A stretch of 64,000 bases of DNA from an uncultured Verrucomicrobiota bacterium. Lineage in GTDB: Bacteria > Auribacterota > JABMQX01. Shown in pieces: positions 1-9,769 of the stretch. The position numbers were made by a program, and so were the translations under genes. Location: the NCBI GenBank assembly GCA_964482435.1, contig CAYZXL010000003.1, positions 69,472 to 133,471 of the forward strand. Direction: 5' to 3'. The notes under the pieces are model-generated. The model was given only the letters and a program-made list of their open reading frames with translations. It was not told where the DNA came from and searched no databases. How positions within the stretch are numbered: the first letter of the stretch is position 1; each line of letters opens with the position of its first letter.

Positions 1-85
1 CGCAAGGGAACCTCTGACAAGAAACTCCCCGACGGAGCTTTCAGCCGAACGGGTCATCACCGACGACCTCATTTACCGAATTCAG

Positions 86-2200
86 ATGAAGACTCCGCAG
101 GGCGGCTCGACAAATGAATCGCTCGTCCGCAAGATTTTCTGCTATAAGGATGTCTCCCCGGCGGCCGAATTCCTGGAGCCGAAATCCGATTACGCCGGAG
201 CCGGCGACGAACCTCTGGCTATCATCGCCAAAGCCACGGACGATGTGGCCCTCTCGTCCATCAAGGTTGTGATGGAGGCCCCGCAGGGCAATGCTCCGAG
301 CGAGCCGAGTGTCCTCGGCCAATGGACGTACAACCCCGGCTCCAACGACTCCATTGACTCCCTCCAGAGGATGGCCATCGAAAGCACCAAAGTTCGACTC
401 CTCGACCATCTTCAAACCGGTCAGTCCGGTTTCCTCTTGGTGACCGCTACGGATATGAAAGGCAACGCCTTCTCGTCGCCAAAGACCCGCATTTCCCTCA
501 TAGCCCCTGAGCAGCGGTCGGAACTGGAGCAAGCCGAGAAGGAATCCGTTTTTCAAAAGTTGCGAGAAATCCTCGACGCTCAGATTCGCGCCCGGTCTTC
601 GGTTGACCAATCGAGCCAGCCGCAGGACGAGAAGTTTCGGTCCGCCCGCGACGAGCAGGTCAGCATCCACGGACAGACCCTCTCCCTGATTGACCGCCTG
701 AACCTCCCGACTCAGCTCGACTACAGCCAGGTCAAGACGGTGCTCCTCGGACTCTCGACGAACGAAATGGTTGACGTGGTCAAGCAGATGAACGGGGTGT
801 CATCCGAAACGTTTTCCCAGGGCAAACCGTCAATCCTTGGGCTGCAGGACGAAATCGTTCGCCGCCTCCAGGAGCTTCTCGGCCTGTTCGCCGAGGAAGA
901 GGCGCCGCCCCAGAAAGAGCCTTCCCCGACAACGGAGAAACCTCTCGACGAAGCCTTGTCAAAGCTCAGGGAATTGAGCACCATCCTGAAGAATTTCATC
1001 AAGGAGCAGAAAAAAGTCATCACGTCATCCACCGAACTCCAGAAAAAGAAGCCGGAGGACTACACCCAGCAGGACGAGGACTTGAAGAGAAAACTCCAGA
1101 CTGTCGAAGACCAGTGGGCGAAATTCCTCGACGAGAAATCAAACGAGCTTGACAAAATCCCCCAGCAGGATTTCTCGAAACCGACGCTTCTCAAGGAACT
1201 CCGGCAAATCTACGAGGAAATCGAGGTCGCTGCCGACGAGCTTTCGAAGCCCGGAACGAGAATTCCGGTCACCGAGGAACAAGTCGGACTGGAGCTCGCC
1301 GAAAAGCTCGAACATAACCTCGAGAGCTGGCTGCCGAACGAGTCCGATAAATTCAAATGGGAACTGGAGGAACCTTCCACTCCGCCCGAGGTTCCCATGG
1401 CTGAGCTCCCGGAAGAACTCGAGGACATCGTCGGCGACCTCATCCGCGACGAGGAGAGCCTCGACCCCGAAATGGAAGACGTGTCAAGCTCCTGGATGGA
1501 CTCCATTGACGCCGGAGCCGGCTGGGACACCATGGACGGCCCAATAAGCAACATGAGCGCAAAAGGCAAGACTGGAAATACACTCCCCAACGCCAGCGAG
1601 ATAAGCGGGCGAAGCGCGGAGGGACGCTCCGGAAAGTCAAACGGCGAGTTCGTCAGCGATACCGCTATAGGTAAAGGCGGCCGCCGGACGCCGACGAGAT
1701 TGATGAACGACGCCTACGAGAACGCTACGGTTGACGACCGGATGACTGAGCCAACCGGGGGCGCCACTGGAGGCGGGAAACGCAGCGGTGCTGGAGGCGA
1801 GGGTCTTCGCGGCCACATCCCTCCCGACCTCCAGACGGAGCTCGCCGAACTTCGACAGAAACAGGCCGACCTCATCACCCGGGGCGAACGCTTGATGCAC
1901 ACCTTCAACAAGCTCAACGTCAGCCCGCAAAAGCTCGACGATGTCCTTGAAAAGATGAAGCAGCTCGATGACAACATGCGGGACTTCAAGTACACCGACC
2001 TCGTCGCAGCTCACGAGGAGATTGTCGAAGGGCTCAAATCCAGCCAGGAGATTGTCGCCCGCGAGTGGAAGATACGCCGCGAACTGAACGCCCGCCTCCC
2101 CACAAAGGTCCGGAAAATCCTCGACGACACTTTGAACACCGAGTTCCCCAGGGATTACGAAGCTCTCCTCCGAGAGTACTACAAGGCAATAAGCGAGTAG
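86..2200 (+). CDS. hypothetical acidic coiled-coil-rich protein (likely 5' partial)
   Basis: 704-aa ORF. The frame has no stop back to position 2, so the true start may lie upstream of the window. Long E/K/Q/D-rich segments with heptad-like spacing. No catalytic motif recognised. Confidence 0.45.
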   Translation: MKTPQGGSTNESLVRKIFCYKDVSPAAEFLEPKSDYAGAGDEPLAIIAKATDDVALSSIKVVMEAPQGNAPSEPSVLGQWTYNPGSNDSIDSLQRMAIESTKVRLLDHLQTGQSGFLLVTATDMKGNAFSSPKTRISLIAPEQRSELEQAEKESVFQKLREILDAQIRARSSVDQSSQPQDEKFRSARDEQVSIHGQTLSLIDRLNLPTQLDYSQVKTVLLGLSTNEMVDVVKQMNGVSSETFSQGKPSILGLQDEIVRRLQELLGLFAEEEAPPQKEPSPTTEKPLDEALSKLRELSTILKNFIKEQKKVITSSTELQKKKPEDYTQQDEDLKRKLQTVEDQWAKFLDEKSNELDKIPQQDFSKPTLLKELRQIYEEIEVAADELSKPGTRIPVTEEQVGLELAEKLEHNLESWLPNESDKFKWELEEPSTPPEVPMAELPEELEDIVGDLIRDEESLDPEMEDVSSSWMDSIDAGAGWDTMDGPISNMSAKGKTGNTLPNASEISGRSAEGRSGKSNGEFVSDTAIGKGGRRTPTRLMNDAYENATVDDRMTEPTGGATGGGKRSGAGGEGLRGHIPPDLQTELAELRQKQADLITRGERLMHTFNKLNVSPQKLDDVLEKMKQLDDNMRDFKYTDLVAAHEEIVEGLKSSQEIVAREWKIRRELNARLPTKVRKILDDTLNTEFPRDYEALLREYYKAISE

Positions 2201-2815
2201 ATGAACAATCCCCTTCGGTCCATCCCGGCTTGCCTGGTTCTTATGGCGGTCGCGATTTCGCCCGGGCCGCAGAAGCAGCCGCCCAACCTCGTCCCCAACA
2301 GCACACTGGAGCAGGGGAGAACGGCTCCCCTCGGCTGGGATGTGCTTCCTTTGGACGGGTCAATTCGCTGGCTTTCGTCGGGCGGCAACCCCGGCCGTTG
2401 TCTCGTTTTCACTCTTTCGCAAGACATTGCAGAAGGGCCGGGGATGCTTTACTACAGCGGCTTCTTTCCGGTGGAGGATGGCAAGAAGTACGTCTTTTCT
2501 GTTGACATCAAGACCGACGGGCCGGTCCCTCGTCCCTTCGTGAAAGGCTATGCCCTTGCCCCCGACGCACAAGGCGTCATTGCGAAGCGCCCCTTCTACC
2601 AGAGACAATCAGTTTTCCCCGCTACCAACGAATGGCAGACTTACTCCATGACCTTCACGCCAAAGGCAGTTCCCGGATACAAGGGAAGGTACGACATCAA
2701 ATGGGCGAGGGTTATGCTTTACGCATACCTGAAACCGGGGAGCATTTACTTCGACAACGTCATTGTCCGGGAGGCACCTGCTAAAGAGAATCCATCTTCC
2801 GCCGGCAAGCGGTGA
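2201..2815 (+). CDS. secreted hypothetical protein
   Basis: ATG directly abuts the stop of the upstream ORF (TAGATG). N-terminal hydrophobic signal-like segment. No family recognised. Confidence 0.45.
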   Translation: MNNPLRSIPACLVLMAVAISPGPQKQPPNLVPNSTLEQGRTAPLGWDVLPLDGSIRWLSSGGNPGRCLVFTLSQDIAEGPGMLYYSGFFPVEDGKKYVFSVDIKTDGPVPRPFVKGYALAPDAQGVIAKRPFYQRQSVFPATNEWQTYSMTFTPKAVPGYKGRYDIKWARVMLYAYLKPGSIYFDNVIVREAPAKENPSSAGKR

Positions 2816-2824
2816 GCCGAACCT

Positions 2825-3991
2825 CTACTTCGCCGGAACCTCTATCTTCCCCGAATCCAGCAGGAGATGAAGCTCGCCTACCGTCAATTTCTGCACGAGG
2901 GCGTCGCCTTCTCGTCTCTCAAACCTCACGTCGCGCGAGAAAACGGCCTTGTTCTTTCCTAAGTCCAGAGTAACGGCACCGCTGGTTATCGTGAGCGTCG
3001 GCGGAATGGCGTCGTCGGTGCACGTAACGTTCCCGACGCACATCACCGACCGGTTAAGCCTGTCCACCGTCCCTTGCTCGGACCGAAAGACGTGGTTCTT
3101 GTAGTAGATTGTCGGCGTCGAGTAGAAGACCCTCACCGCTCCCGACCCGGCGTCCGGGCTTTCCGTGAAGAAGCCCACCGCGTGAATCCTCAGGGAAGGC
3201 GCAGCCGGCGCCTCCAGTGGGAGCCGCCTCGCGGCTTCAAATGAGCTCAGGGCAGTCCGCTGAAAATCATTCAACCACTCATCCATACTCCTCGGGCTTC
3301 TCAGGAGTGGCACATCACCGAAGGCTCTCATCGCGCTGCCCATCTGGTCTCGAGAGAACCGTGCCCAGATGGTATCGGGGCTTTCTTTGATCGCCGCTCG
3401 GAACGCCTCTATCGCCCTGGGGTAGTCGCGAAGGAGCATGTAACACTGCCCAAGCCCGAAATGGGACTGAGTTGCGTATCGTTTCCCGGCGTCGGACTCG
3501 AGGACCCGCCGATACCCTTCGATAGCCGCCCGGATGTTCCTCACCTGGTCCCCGAAGAAACCTGCGTTCAGGTTGGCGGCGTTGTACGTCGCCTCAATTG
3601 ACGCGCTATCCTCCTCGTACTTTTTCTCGACGTCCGCGAACACTGCCAGTGCCTTCCCCAAATCTCCCAGCTTTATCTCGCACTGGCCAATCTCCATCTT
3701 TGCCCGGAGGAGTAACTCCGACTCCGGATGCTCCCGCAAAAGCCTTTCGAAGCATCCCCTCGCCTGCTTCCATTCGCCAAGCATCTGGTGCGCCCTGCCA
3801 TTCCCGAAAAGCGCCTCGGCTGCTTCTCTGTCATTCTCGCCCGAAGCGATCTTCTCATAGAGCTTAGCCGCCGCATCATATTTCTCGAGGATAAACAGGC
3901 GATTCGCCTCGTCAATCTCGCTCCCGGCGACCAAAACACTCAGGGTGCTAATTGCCAAAACTGTTGCTATGTCAAAAAACTTCTCGACCAC
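2825..3991 (-). CDS. TPR-repeat protein with N-terminal signal/anchor
   Basis: 388 aa. N-terminal hydrophobic helix, then multiple 34-residue TPR-like units (AxxLYxKIA, GNGRAHQMLGEWKQAR, GLGQCYMLLRDYPRAIEAFRAAI). Confidence 0.7.
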   Translation of the reverse strand: MVEKFFDIATVLAISTLSVLVAGSEIDEANRLFILEKYDAAAKLYEKIASGENDREAAEALFGNGRAHQMLGEWKQARGCFERLLREHPESELLLRAKMEIGQCEIKLGDLGKALAVFADVEKKYEEDSASIEATYNAANLNAGFFGDQVRNIRAAIEGYRRVLESDAGKRYATQSHFGLGQCYMLLRDYPRAIEAFRAAIKESPDTIWARFSRDQMGSAMRAFGDVPLLRSPRSMDEWLNDFQRTALSSFEAARRLPLEAPAAPSLRIHAVGFFTESPDAGSGAVRVFYSTPTIYYKNHVFRSEQGTVDRLNRSVMCVGNVTCTDDAIPPTLTITSGAVTLDLGKNKAVFSRDVRFERREGDALVQKLTVGELHLLLDSGKIEVPAK

Positions 3992-4003
3992 TTTCCACTC
4001 CTC

Positions 4004-4597
4004 CTACGGCGACCCCACAAGAATCACCGACTCCATCGGCATCCCTTCTTCGGGAAAATAGATGTGATCCACCTCCGGAGAAGCCGGAATCATCCGCCCG
4101 CGATTCTCGAACCCCCTCAAGACCAGCCAGTATTCGCTCGGGCTGATATAGGACCGCCTTACGTCTTCATCCAGGGAAATCAGTTCTTTCGCGGAGGGGA
4201 ACTGCTCTGCCTTATCCAGTGGCAGTTTGTCCGTCGTTTCCTTGATAGGGGCGCGGCCGGAGAAAACGATCGCACCCGCCACAAACACAACCGCCGCAGC
4301 CGCGCGGACCGGCCAAGCAACCCACCGGCTCCTCAACAGCCTCCCCCAGATCCCGCCCCTTTCCACGGCCCCTCCCTCTTCCGCCCTGATTTGAGCCATC
4401 ACCGCATCCACGTACCGCCGCCGCGGCTCAATGCTCCGCCACGAGTCGAGCATCTTCGTCGTCGCGCGAAGCGCCGCAAGCTCCGTCGAGCAGAAGACAC
4501 ACACCTCCAGATGCTTCTGGAGGGCTTTCGCCTCGTCTTCGGTCAGCTCATTGTCCAGATAAGCTGGCAGTTGTCTTATTGTTTTCCTGCAATTCAT
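4004..4597 (-). CDS. anti-sigma factor, zf-HC2 type, single-pass membrane
   Basis: Start MNCRKTIRQLPAYLDNEL. HxxxCxxC zinc motif (HLEVCVFC). Central TM helix (WVAWPVRAAAAVVFVAGAIVF). 3' overlap with the ECF sigma gene. Confidence 0.65.
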   Translation of the reverse strand: MNCRKTIRQLPAYLDNELTEDEAKALQKHLEVCVFCSTELAALRATTKMLDSWRSIEPRRRYVDAVMAQIRAEEGGAVERGGIWGRLLRSRWVAWPVRAAAAVVFVAGAIVFSGRAPIKETTDKLPLDKAEQFPSAKELISLDEDVRRSYISPSEYWLVLRGFENRGRMIPASPEVDHIYFPEEGMPMESVILVGSP

Positions 4598-5201
4598 CGC
4601 CCTGCAAAGCTTTCTTCCCCGCCACATAGTCCGCTAAAAACTCCTTCATCCGCATCTTTGCCCGAAAAATCCTCGACTTCACCGTCCCCTTTGAACACCT
4701 GAGAATCTTCGCTATCTCCTCATAGCTCATGTTCTCGTAATGGCTCAGGAGAATCGCCATCCTCTGGTGCCGCGGAAGCTTTGACACCGCCAGCCGCACA
4801 ACCCCCGCGACCTCATTCCTCTGTAACCTCTCGTACGCCGACTCACCATCCGCCTCGTAGAAATCTATCACGTTCGAGCTCTGCCCCACCGGCGCCTCCA
4901 GCGAGATAAACCGATACTTCTTCGTCTTCCGAAGATAATCCCTCGCCAGATTCGCCGCGATTGTGTAGAGCCACGTCGAGAACCTTCCGCTTCCTTTGAA
5001 CCTCCCGCGCGACTGATAGATTCTCAGGAGAGTCGCCTGCACAAGGTCTTCGGCCTGAGCGACGTTCCCGACGAACCTGTTGAGAAAGTTCAGCAGCTTT
5101 TTCTCGTACCGGGACGCGAGTTCCGCGAAGGCGTCCATGTTCCCCTTCTGCACCAGGGACATGGCCTCTTCGTCCGAAAGGACTTCCAATGGCCTTTTCA
5201 T
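4548..5201 (-). CDS. RNA polymerase sigma-70 factor, ECF subfamily
   Basis: Sigma region 2 (FAELASRYEKKLLNFLNRFVGNVAQAEDLVQATLLRIYQ, STWLYTIAANLARDY) and region 4 HTH (YEEIAKILRCSKGTVKSRIFRA). Confidence 0.85.
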   Translation of the reverse strand: MKRPLEVLSDEEAMSLVQKGNMDAFAELASRYEKKLLNFLNRFVGNVAQAEDLVQATLLRIYQSRGRFKGSGRFSTWLYTIAANLARDYLRKTKKYRFISLEAPVGQSSNVIDFYEADGESAYERLQRNEVAGVVRLAVSKLPRHQRMAILLSHYENMSYEEIAKILRCSKGTVKSRIFRAKMRMKEFLADYVAGKKALQGDELQENNKTTASLSGQ

Positions 5202-5385
5202 CCTTCGGCTGCCCTCAAACAGTTATAACGTAAGCGCACCAGACTGGTTCCATACCCAAACCCAATTTCCTGCGAGCTGTGCACTTCCATCCCGATAAAT
5301 GTTACCTGATTTGTCTTCCCCTGTCAGCAGACGAACGCGGCCCTCTGCGACACAGGGGCAAGTGTCTCCCTCCGCTATCCCTGCT

Positions 5386-5600
5386 ACTGGTTCTCCAGAA
5401 TCCGACAAAAGCGGCTGGGGACCAGGCTCGGCGGAAGGCCGGTGAGGGAGCCGTCGTCGGTCCGGGAGGTCACTGTATTGCTGCACGCGTGCACACCGCA
5501 GACCACCACTATTGATTCTCCAGAGTGCGGTAGAAGCGGCGGGGAACGAGGCCCGGCCGTGAGCCTGTCTGGGAGCCGTCGTCGGTCCAGGAGGTCGTTG
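5386..5600. repeat. imperfect tandem duplication (~90 bp x2, ~75% identity) of the 3' end of the beta-helix gene
   Basis: Copy 2 (5509-5600) is the authentic gene end encoding ...RPGLVPRRFYRTLENQ-stop. Copy 1 (5385-5480) lies 124 bp downstream of the stop and encodes a related tail ...LPPSLVPSRFCRILENQ-stop in another frame. Shared DNA core gggagccgtcgtcggtccNggaggtc. Confidence 0.6.
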
Positions 5601-8400
5601 CGTTGCCGGAGGAGGGGAAGATGGCGACGGCGAGATGCCAGGTGAGCAGGTCTTCGGAGTAGAAGATGGAATAGGTCTTGTCGGAGAGGGAGCTCCATGT
5701 GAGGGTCCTTTCGTCGGGGTCCGGGCCTGGGGCCAAGTCGTTGATGTAGAACTCGTATGCCCCCATGTCAACGGTGAGGCTCTTTCCCCCGAACATTATC
5801 CTGTGCATCCCAACAATGTCCGTTTCCGGCAAATCCGGATCATTGAACCCCGCATCAATGCACGGCGAATCCGGCAAAAGCCTGAAATCCCCCTTCTCCG
5901 CATCCACAAACTGTGGATCTTCCGCGATGTTGTCGTCGCTGCCTGCGGTCCAACCCTCAATGCAAGAGAAGGAGGGCGCGCTGCATTCCTGAAGCTGGCC
6001 GCCGCTTGAGGCGACATTCCCCCAGATAATGCAGTTGCGGATGGTGCCGGGGCACGCATACAGTGCGCAGCCGGAGTTGGCGGCGATCGTATTGTTTTGT
6101 ATGGTGCCGTTGCAGCAGTGGAGCACGCTGCCTCCGTCGGCGCGGTTTCGGCTTATCGTGTTGTTCTGGATGCGGCCGGCGCAGTGAGCCAGCCCAGCGC
6201 CGAAGTAACCCTTGTTTTCACTGATTGTGTTGTCGTGGATCGTACCATCGCACTCGCTCAGGCCGGCGCCGGCGTCGGAGGCGGAGTTGCCGCTGATCGT
6301 ATTGTCATGGATGGTCCCTGCGCAGTGGCTCAACCCACCACCCCAGCGGGCTGAGTTTCCGCTGACGCTGTTGTTCATGACGCTCCCGCTGCACAGATAG
6401 AGTCCCCCACCGTTGTGGCCCGCCGAGTTACCGCTAATGGTGTTACCATGGATGGTCCCGTGGCACAATGAGAGCCCTCCGCCCCAGCAGGCCGAGTTGC
6501 CGCTGATCGTATTGTTTTGTACGGCGCCCTGGCAGTCGTAAAGGCCCCCGCCGTAGTCGGAGACCGAGTTGCCGACGATGGTGTTGTTCCGAATCGTGGC
6601 GCGCGTACCCTTGCCCCGGATTCCACCGCCGGAGGGCGCCATGCCATTCCGGATGGTGAGGCCCGAAAGGACGCACGCTTCGGTCTCCGCGCCCGCAAAG
6701 CAGATTACTGACCCAGCAGCTCCACCGTCAATGATAGCAGAAAAAACTACGGCCGGGTCATCGGGGTCTGAACTTCGCAGGGTGACATCTACGCCAGGAA
6801 ACTCAAGGTTCTCCCCGTAGGTTCCCGCGGCTACGACGATCTCGTCGGCACCCATCGCCACACAGAGCGCTCCCTGGATTGCAGGCATGTCCGCGGGGAC
6901 CTGGATCACCCCAGCGGCGGTCGCTTCAATGGGGCTTGTCCCACGCAGAACCTCCAAACCATCGCGAAGAGCGTCGCCATCCGTGTCATCGAGGTTGGGG
7001 CTTGTTCCGGCGGCGGTCTCGTCGGTGTCGCAGAGGAGGTCGCCGTCGGCATCCGGCGAAGCGCCATACTCGTAGCACCCCATGTCAACGCGCGACCCGT
7101 GGAGGCGACAGTTCCCATCCAGGTCGCACTGCGGCCAGGCGAACCAATAGTAGTTCACGCCAGCGTCCCTGCAAGGCGAGGTTTCCTTGAGGTCGTAGTC
7201 ACCGCCCTTCTCATCAATGAACTGCGGGTCCTCGCGAACGTTCTCTCGGCCTTCTCCCCACCAGTCCTGGATGCAACTGAATGATGGAGGAACACATTCA
7301 CGGACCTGACCTTCCAGGTATCCCTCGCCGTTTCCCCAGATAATGCAGTTGCGGATAGCGCCAAGGCACCACAGGAGTCCGCTCGAGTTTCCCACGACCG
7401 TGTTGTTTTGAATGGTGCCGTTGCATCCGTACAGCCCACCGCCCAGGTTCACCCAGTTCTCGGTGATGATGTCGTTCTGAATCGTGGCGTCAGGCCCATA
7501 CCCCTCATCACGGTACGCTGCCGAGTTGCCGGCGATGAGGTTGTTCTGGATGGTGCCATTGCACTGATACAAGGCACCGCCAAAGTCGGCCCCGTTTGCG
7601 CTAATTGTGTTGCCCAGGATGGCGCCGTGGCACCAGGCCAGCCCCGCGCCGTAAAGGGCCTTGTTAGCCCTGATTGTGTTGTTCCGGATGATGCCATGGC
7701 AGTCGCTCAGACCCCCGCCGCGATAGAACCCTGAGTTCCCGGTGATTGTGTTGTTCCGAAGGGTTCCGTTGCAGGAATACAGCCCAGCGCCGGAGTCGGA
7801 GGCCCTGTTGGGCCCCACGATGTTGTTTTGAACGATCCCGCCGCAGCCGCTCAGCCCACCGCCCCAGCGGGCCCCGTTGCCCGTGATGACGTTGTCCTCA
7901 ATGGTGCCGCTACAATCGTGCAGGCCGCCGCCAGACAGGGAGGCGGAGTTGCCATTGATCTTGTTATCCCGGACCGTGGCGCGCGTACCGTTGCCGCGGA
8001 TTCCGCCGCCGTAGTCAGCATAGCCGTTGCGAGTTGTGAAGCCGGAGAGGACGCACGTTTCATCTTCGGTGCCGGCGAAGGTGATGACGGAGCCGGACTG
8101 GTTACCATCAATGATTGTGTTGGCGACGACCGCGACATTGAGCGGATTGGTGCTTGTCAGGATGATGTTCTTGCCGTGGAACTGGATGTTCTCGACGTAG
8201 GTGCCCTGGGCGACGAGGAGAGTGTCCTCGTCAGAGGCGGCGTCTATTCCTTCCTGGATTTTCTTGAATGCGGATTCCCAGCTCGTGCCGTCGCCGGACT
8301 GGGGGACGGAAGCGCTGACGTGCCAAATGGCCGCCGAGGCTGTTTGGAATGCGAAAACGAGTGCCAATAGGATGATTCCCGCGAACGTCTTACCAGGCAT
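5509..8400 (-). CDS. secreted right-handed parallel beta-helix repeat protein (two tandem ~430-aa modules)
   Basis: 963 aa. N-terminal signal peptide MPGKTFAGIILLALVFAFQTASAA. About 26 copies of a 22-residue unit (NNTISGNSAxxxGGGLxxCxGTIxx) typical of PbH1 beta-helix coils. Each module ends with DPQF(I/V)D...SPC(R/I)DAG. Asp-rich calcium-binding-like linker DADGDLLCDTDETAAGTSPNLDDTDGDALRDG. Confidence 0.8.
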   Translation of the reverse strand: MPGKTFAGIILLALVFAFQTASAAIWHVSASVPQSGDGTSWESAFKKIQEGIDAASDEDTLLVAQGTYVENIQFHGKNIILTSTNPLNVAVVANTIIDGNQSGSVITFAGTEDETCVLSGFTTRNGYADYGGGIRGNGTRATVRDNKINGNSASLSGGGLHDCSGTIEDNVITGNGARWGGGLSGCGGIVQNNIVGPNRASDSGAGLYSCNGTLRNNTITGNSGFYRGGGLSDCHGIIRNNTIRANKALYGAGLAWCHGAILGNTISANGADFGGALYQCNGTIQNNLIAGNSAAYRDEGYGPDATIQNDIITENWVNLGGGLYGCNGTIQNNTVVGNSSGLLWCLGAIRNCIIWGNGEGYLEGQVRECVPPSFSCIQDWWGEGRENVREDPQFIDEKGGDYDLKETSPCRDAGVNYYWFAWPQCDLDGNCRLHGSRVDMGCYEYGASPDADGDLLCDTDETAAGTSPNLDDTDGDALRDGLEVLRGTSPIEATAAGVIQVPADMPAIQGALCVAMGADEIVVAAGTYGENLEFPGVDVTLRSSDPDDPAVVFSAIIDGGAAGSVICFAGAETEACVLSGLTIRNGMAPSGGGIRGKGTRATIRNNTIVGNSVSDYGGGLYDCQGAVQNNTISGNSACWGGGLSLCHGTIHGNTISGNSAGHNGGGLYLCSGSVMNNSVSGNSARWGGGLSHCAGTIHDNTISGNSASDAGAGLSECDGTIHDNTISENKGYFGAGLAHCAGRIQNNTISRNRADGGSVLHCCNGTIQNNTIAANSGCALYACPGTIRNCIIWGNVASSGGQLQECSAPSFSCIEGWTAGSDDNIAEDPQFVDAEKGDFRLLPDSPCIDAGFNDPDLPETDIVGMHRIMFGGKSLTVDMGAYEFYINDLAPGPDPDERTLTWSSLSDKTYSIFYSEDLLTWHLAVAIFPSSGNATTSWTDDGSQTGSRPGLVPRRFYRTLENQ

Positions 8401-8838
8401 GTTGAGCTCCCCTCATAGCTTGCTCCTCGTGGTGGGCCGCTGGCATCGAAAAACCCGACGCCGAAACAGGCAGCCGGCTCAAATCTTTGGCAAATTGTAT
8501 CACATAAAGACGGGCGAGTCAACACGCGATTGTTTCTACCCTGTCGCCACAAGCTATTGACTCCGGCGCTTGTATTGTGTAATTTTCAATGAGTTACGTG
8601 GAGAGAAAGAGGTCATCCGATAACCCCTCAGCTCTGGCGGAGAAAGCAAAAAGAGACCTGCTTTTTTGGATGTGCCACGAGGGGTGCGAGTGTTGCCGCG
8701 TCCATCTGCGGTTCATTTCTTGCGCGCTCAGGCGAGGCGGTCACCCCAAACTGACGGACCACATAATCACAGCGGGTCAGGGCGCAGCCGCGGCACATAC
8801 ATCAAGCATCGCGTACAGACTCGCAGAAGGTTCGCATC

Positions 8839-9207
8839 ATGGAGAAGTTCGTGGATTTTGATGAAGGCGTCAAGGCAATCCTGCAGCGAGACAGGAGGTA
8901 CGCGAGGGATGCATACGACTTCGTCCGAGAAGCACTCGAATACACTCGCGTCTGGACGGATAAAAAGGGGCATGTCACCGGGCAGCAGCTCCTCGACGGA
9001 ATTCGTAAGTACGCCCTCGAGCAATTTGGTCCGATGGCAAAGACCGTCCTCAATCTCTGGGGAGTAAAGAGCTGCGAGGATTTCGGGTCCATCGTGTTTA
9101 ACCTCGTTGACCAGAAGGTTTTCTCCAGGACACCAGAGGATTCGATGGACGATTTCCGAAGCGGGTACGATTTCCACGAGGCGTTCGAGAAGCCGTACAA
9201 AAATTAG
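8839..9207 (+). CDS. conserved hypothetical protein (small, cytoplasmic)
   Basis: 122-aa ORF with no competing frame. Family not confidently recognised. Confidence 0.5.
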   Translation: MEKFVDFDEGVKAILQRDRRYARDAYDFVREALEYTRVWTDKKGHVTGQQLLDGIRKYALEQFGPMAKTVLNLWGVKSCEDFGSIVFNLVDQKVFSRTPEDSMDDFRSGYDFHEAFEKPYKN

Positions 9208-9261
9208 CAGCCGGGGCAACTTGAGCTATTAAGCACCAACCCCATTGATACCGGAGGAGAA

Positions 9262-9654
9262 ATGCCAGAGTCCGACGAAGAAGCAAAGGTTCACGAGGCG
9301 AGGTTTCTCGCGCTGATTTCCGGGTTGTCGAGCGGCGTCATGCAACACCTCGGCAAGATCGTAAACCCGCTCACCGGCAACATCGAAAGAGACCTCGACG
9401 CCGCCAAGGCGACCATTGACCTCCTTAGAACGCTCAGGGAGAAGACGAAGGGCAACCTCACCGGCCGAGAGGAACGAACGTTCAACGCGTTGCTCAGCGG
9501 CGTCCAACTCAATTATCTCGACGAGCTAAAGGCCGAAGCCGAGAAGCCGAAAGAGAAGCCGGAAGAGAAGCCAGGCGAGGAGAAGAAGGAGGTTGACAGG
9601 GGAAAGGCCGCGGAATCGGGCAAGGAGGGTGGCGTTGAGGGAGACAAGAAGTAG
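9262..9654 (+). CDS. DUF1844-family protein
   Basis: Matches the DUF1844 pattern FLALISGLSSGVMQHLGKIVNPLTGNIERDLDAAKATIDLLRTLREKTKGNL. Lys/Glu-rich tail. Confidence 0.6.
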   Translation: MPESDEEAKVHEARFLALISGLSSGVMQHLGKIVNPLTGNIERDLDAAKATIDLLRTLREKTKGNLTGREERTFNALLSGVQLNYLDELKAEAEKPKEKPEEKPGEEKKEVDRGKAAESGKEGGVEGDKK

Positions 9655-9769
9655 TGCGCCGATGTGCTGGAACCGTAGCAGGGGCTTGACGCGACAGAAG
9701 GTAGAACAGCCGGACCCTTGTGCATGAAACCGTGCGCATAGACGAAGCAGGAAGGGGAGGCCATACCCC

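Noticed and set aside
5635-8370. Several 80-180-aa plus-strand ORFs (e.g. 6097-6354, 7408-7734, 7828-8370)
   Set aside because: All lie antisense within the beta-helix gene. The repetitive G/A-rich translations mirror the sense-strand repeats.
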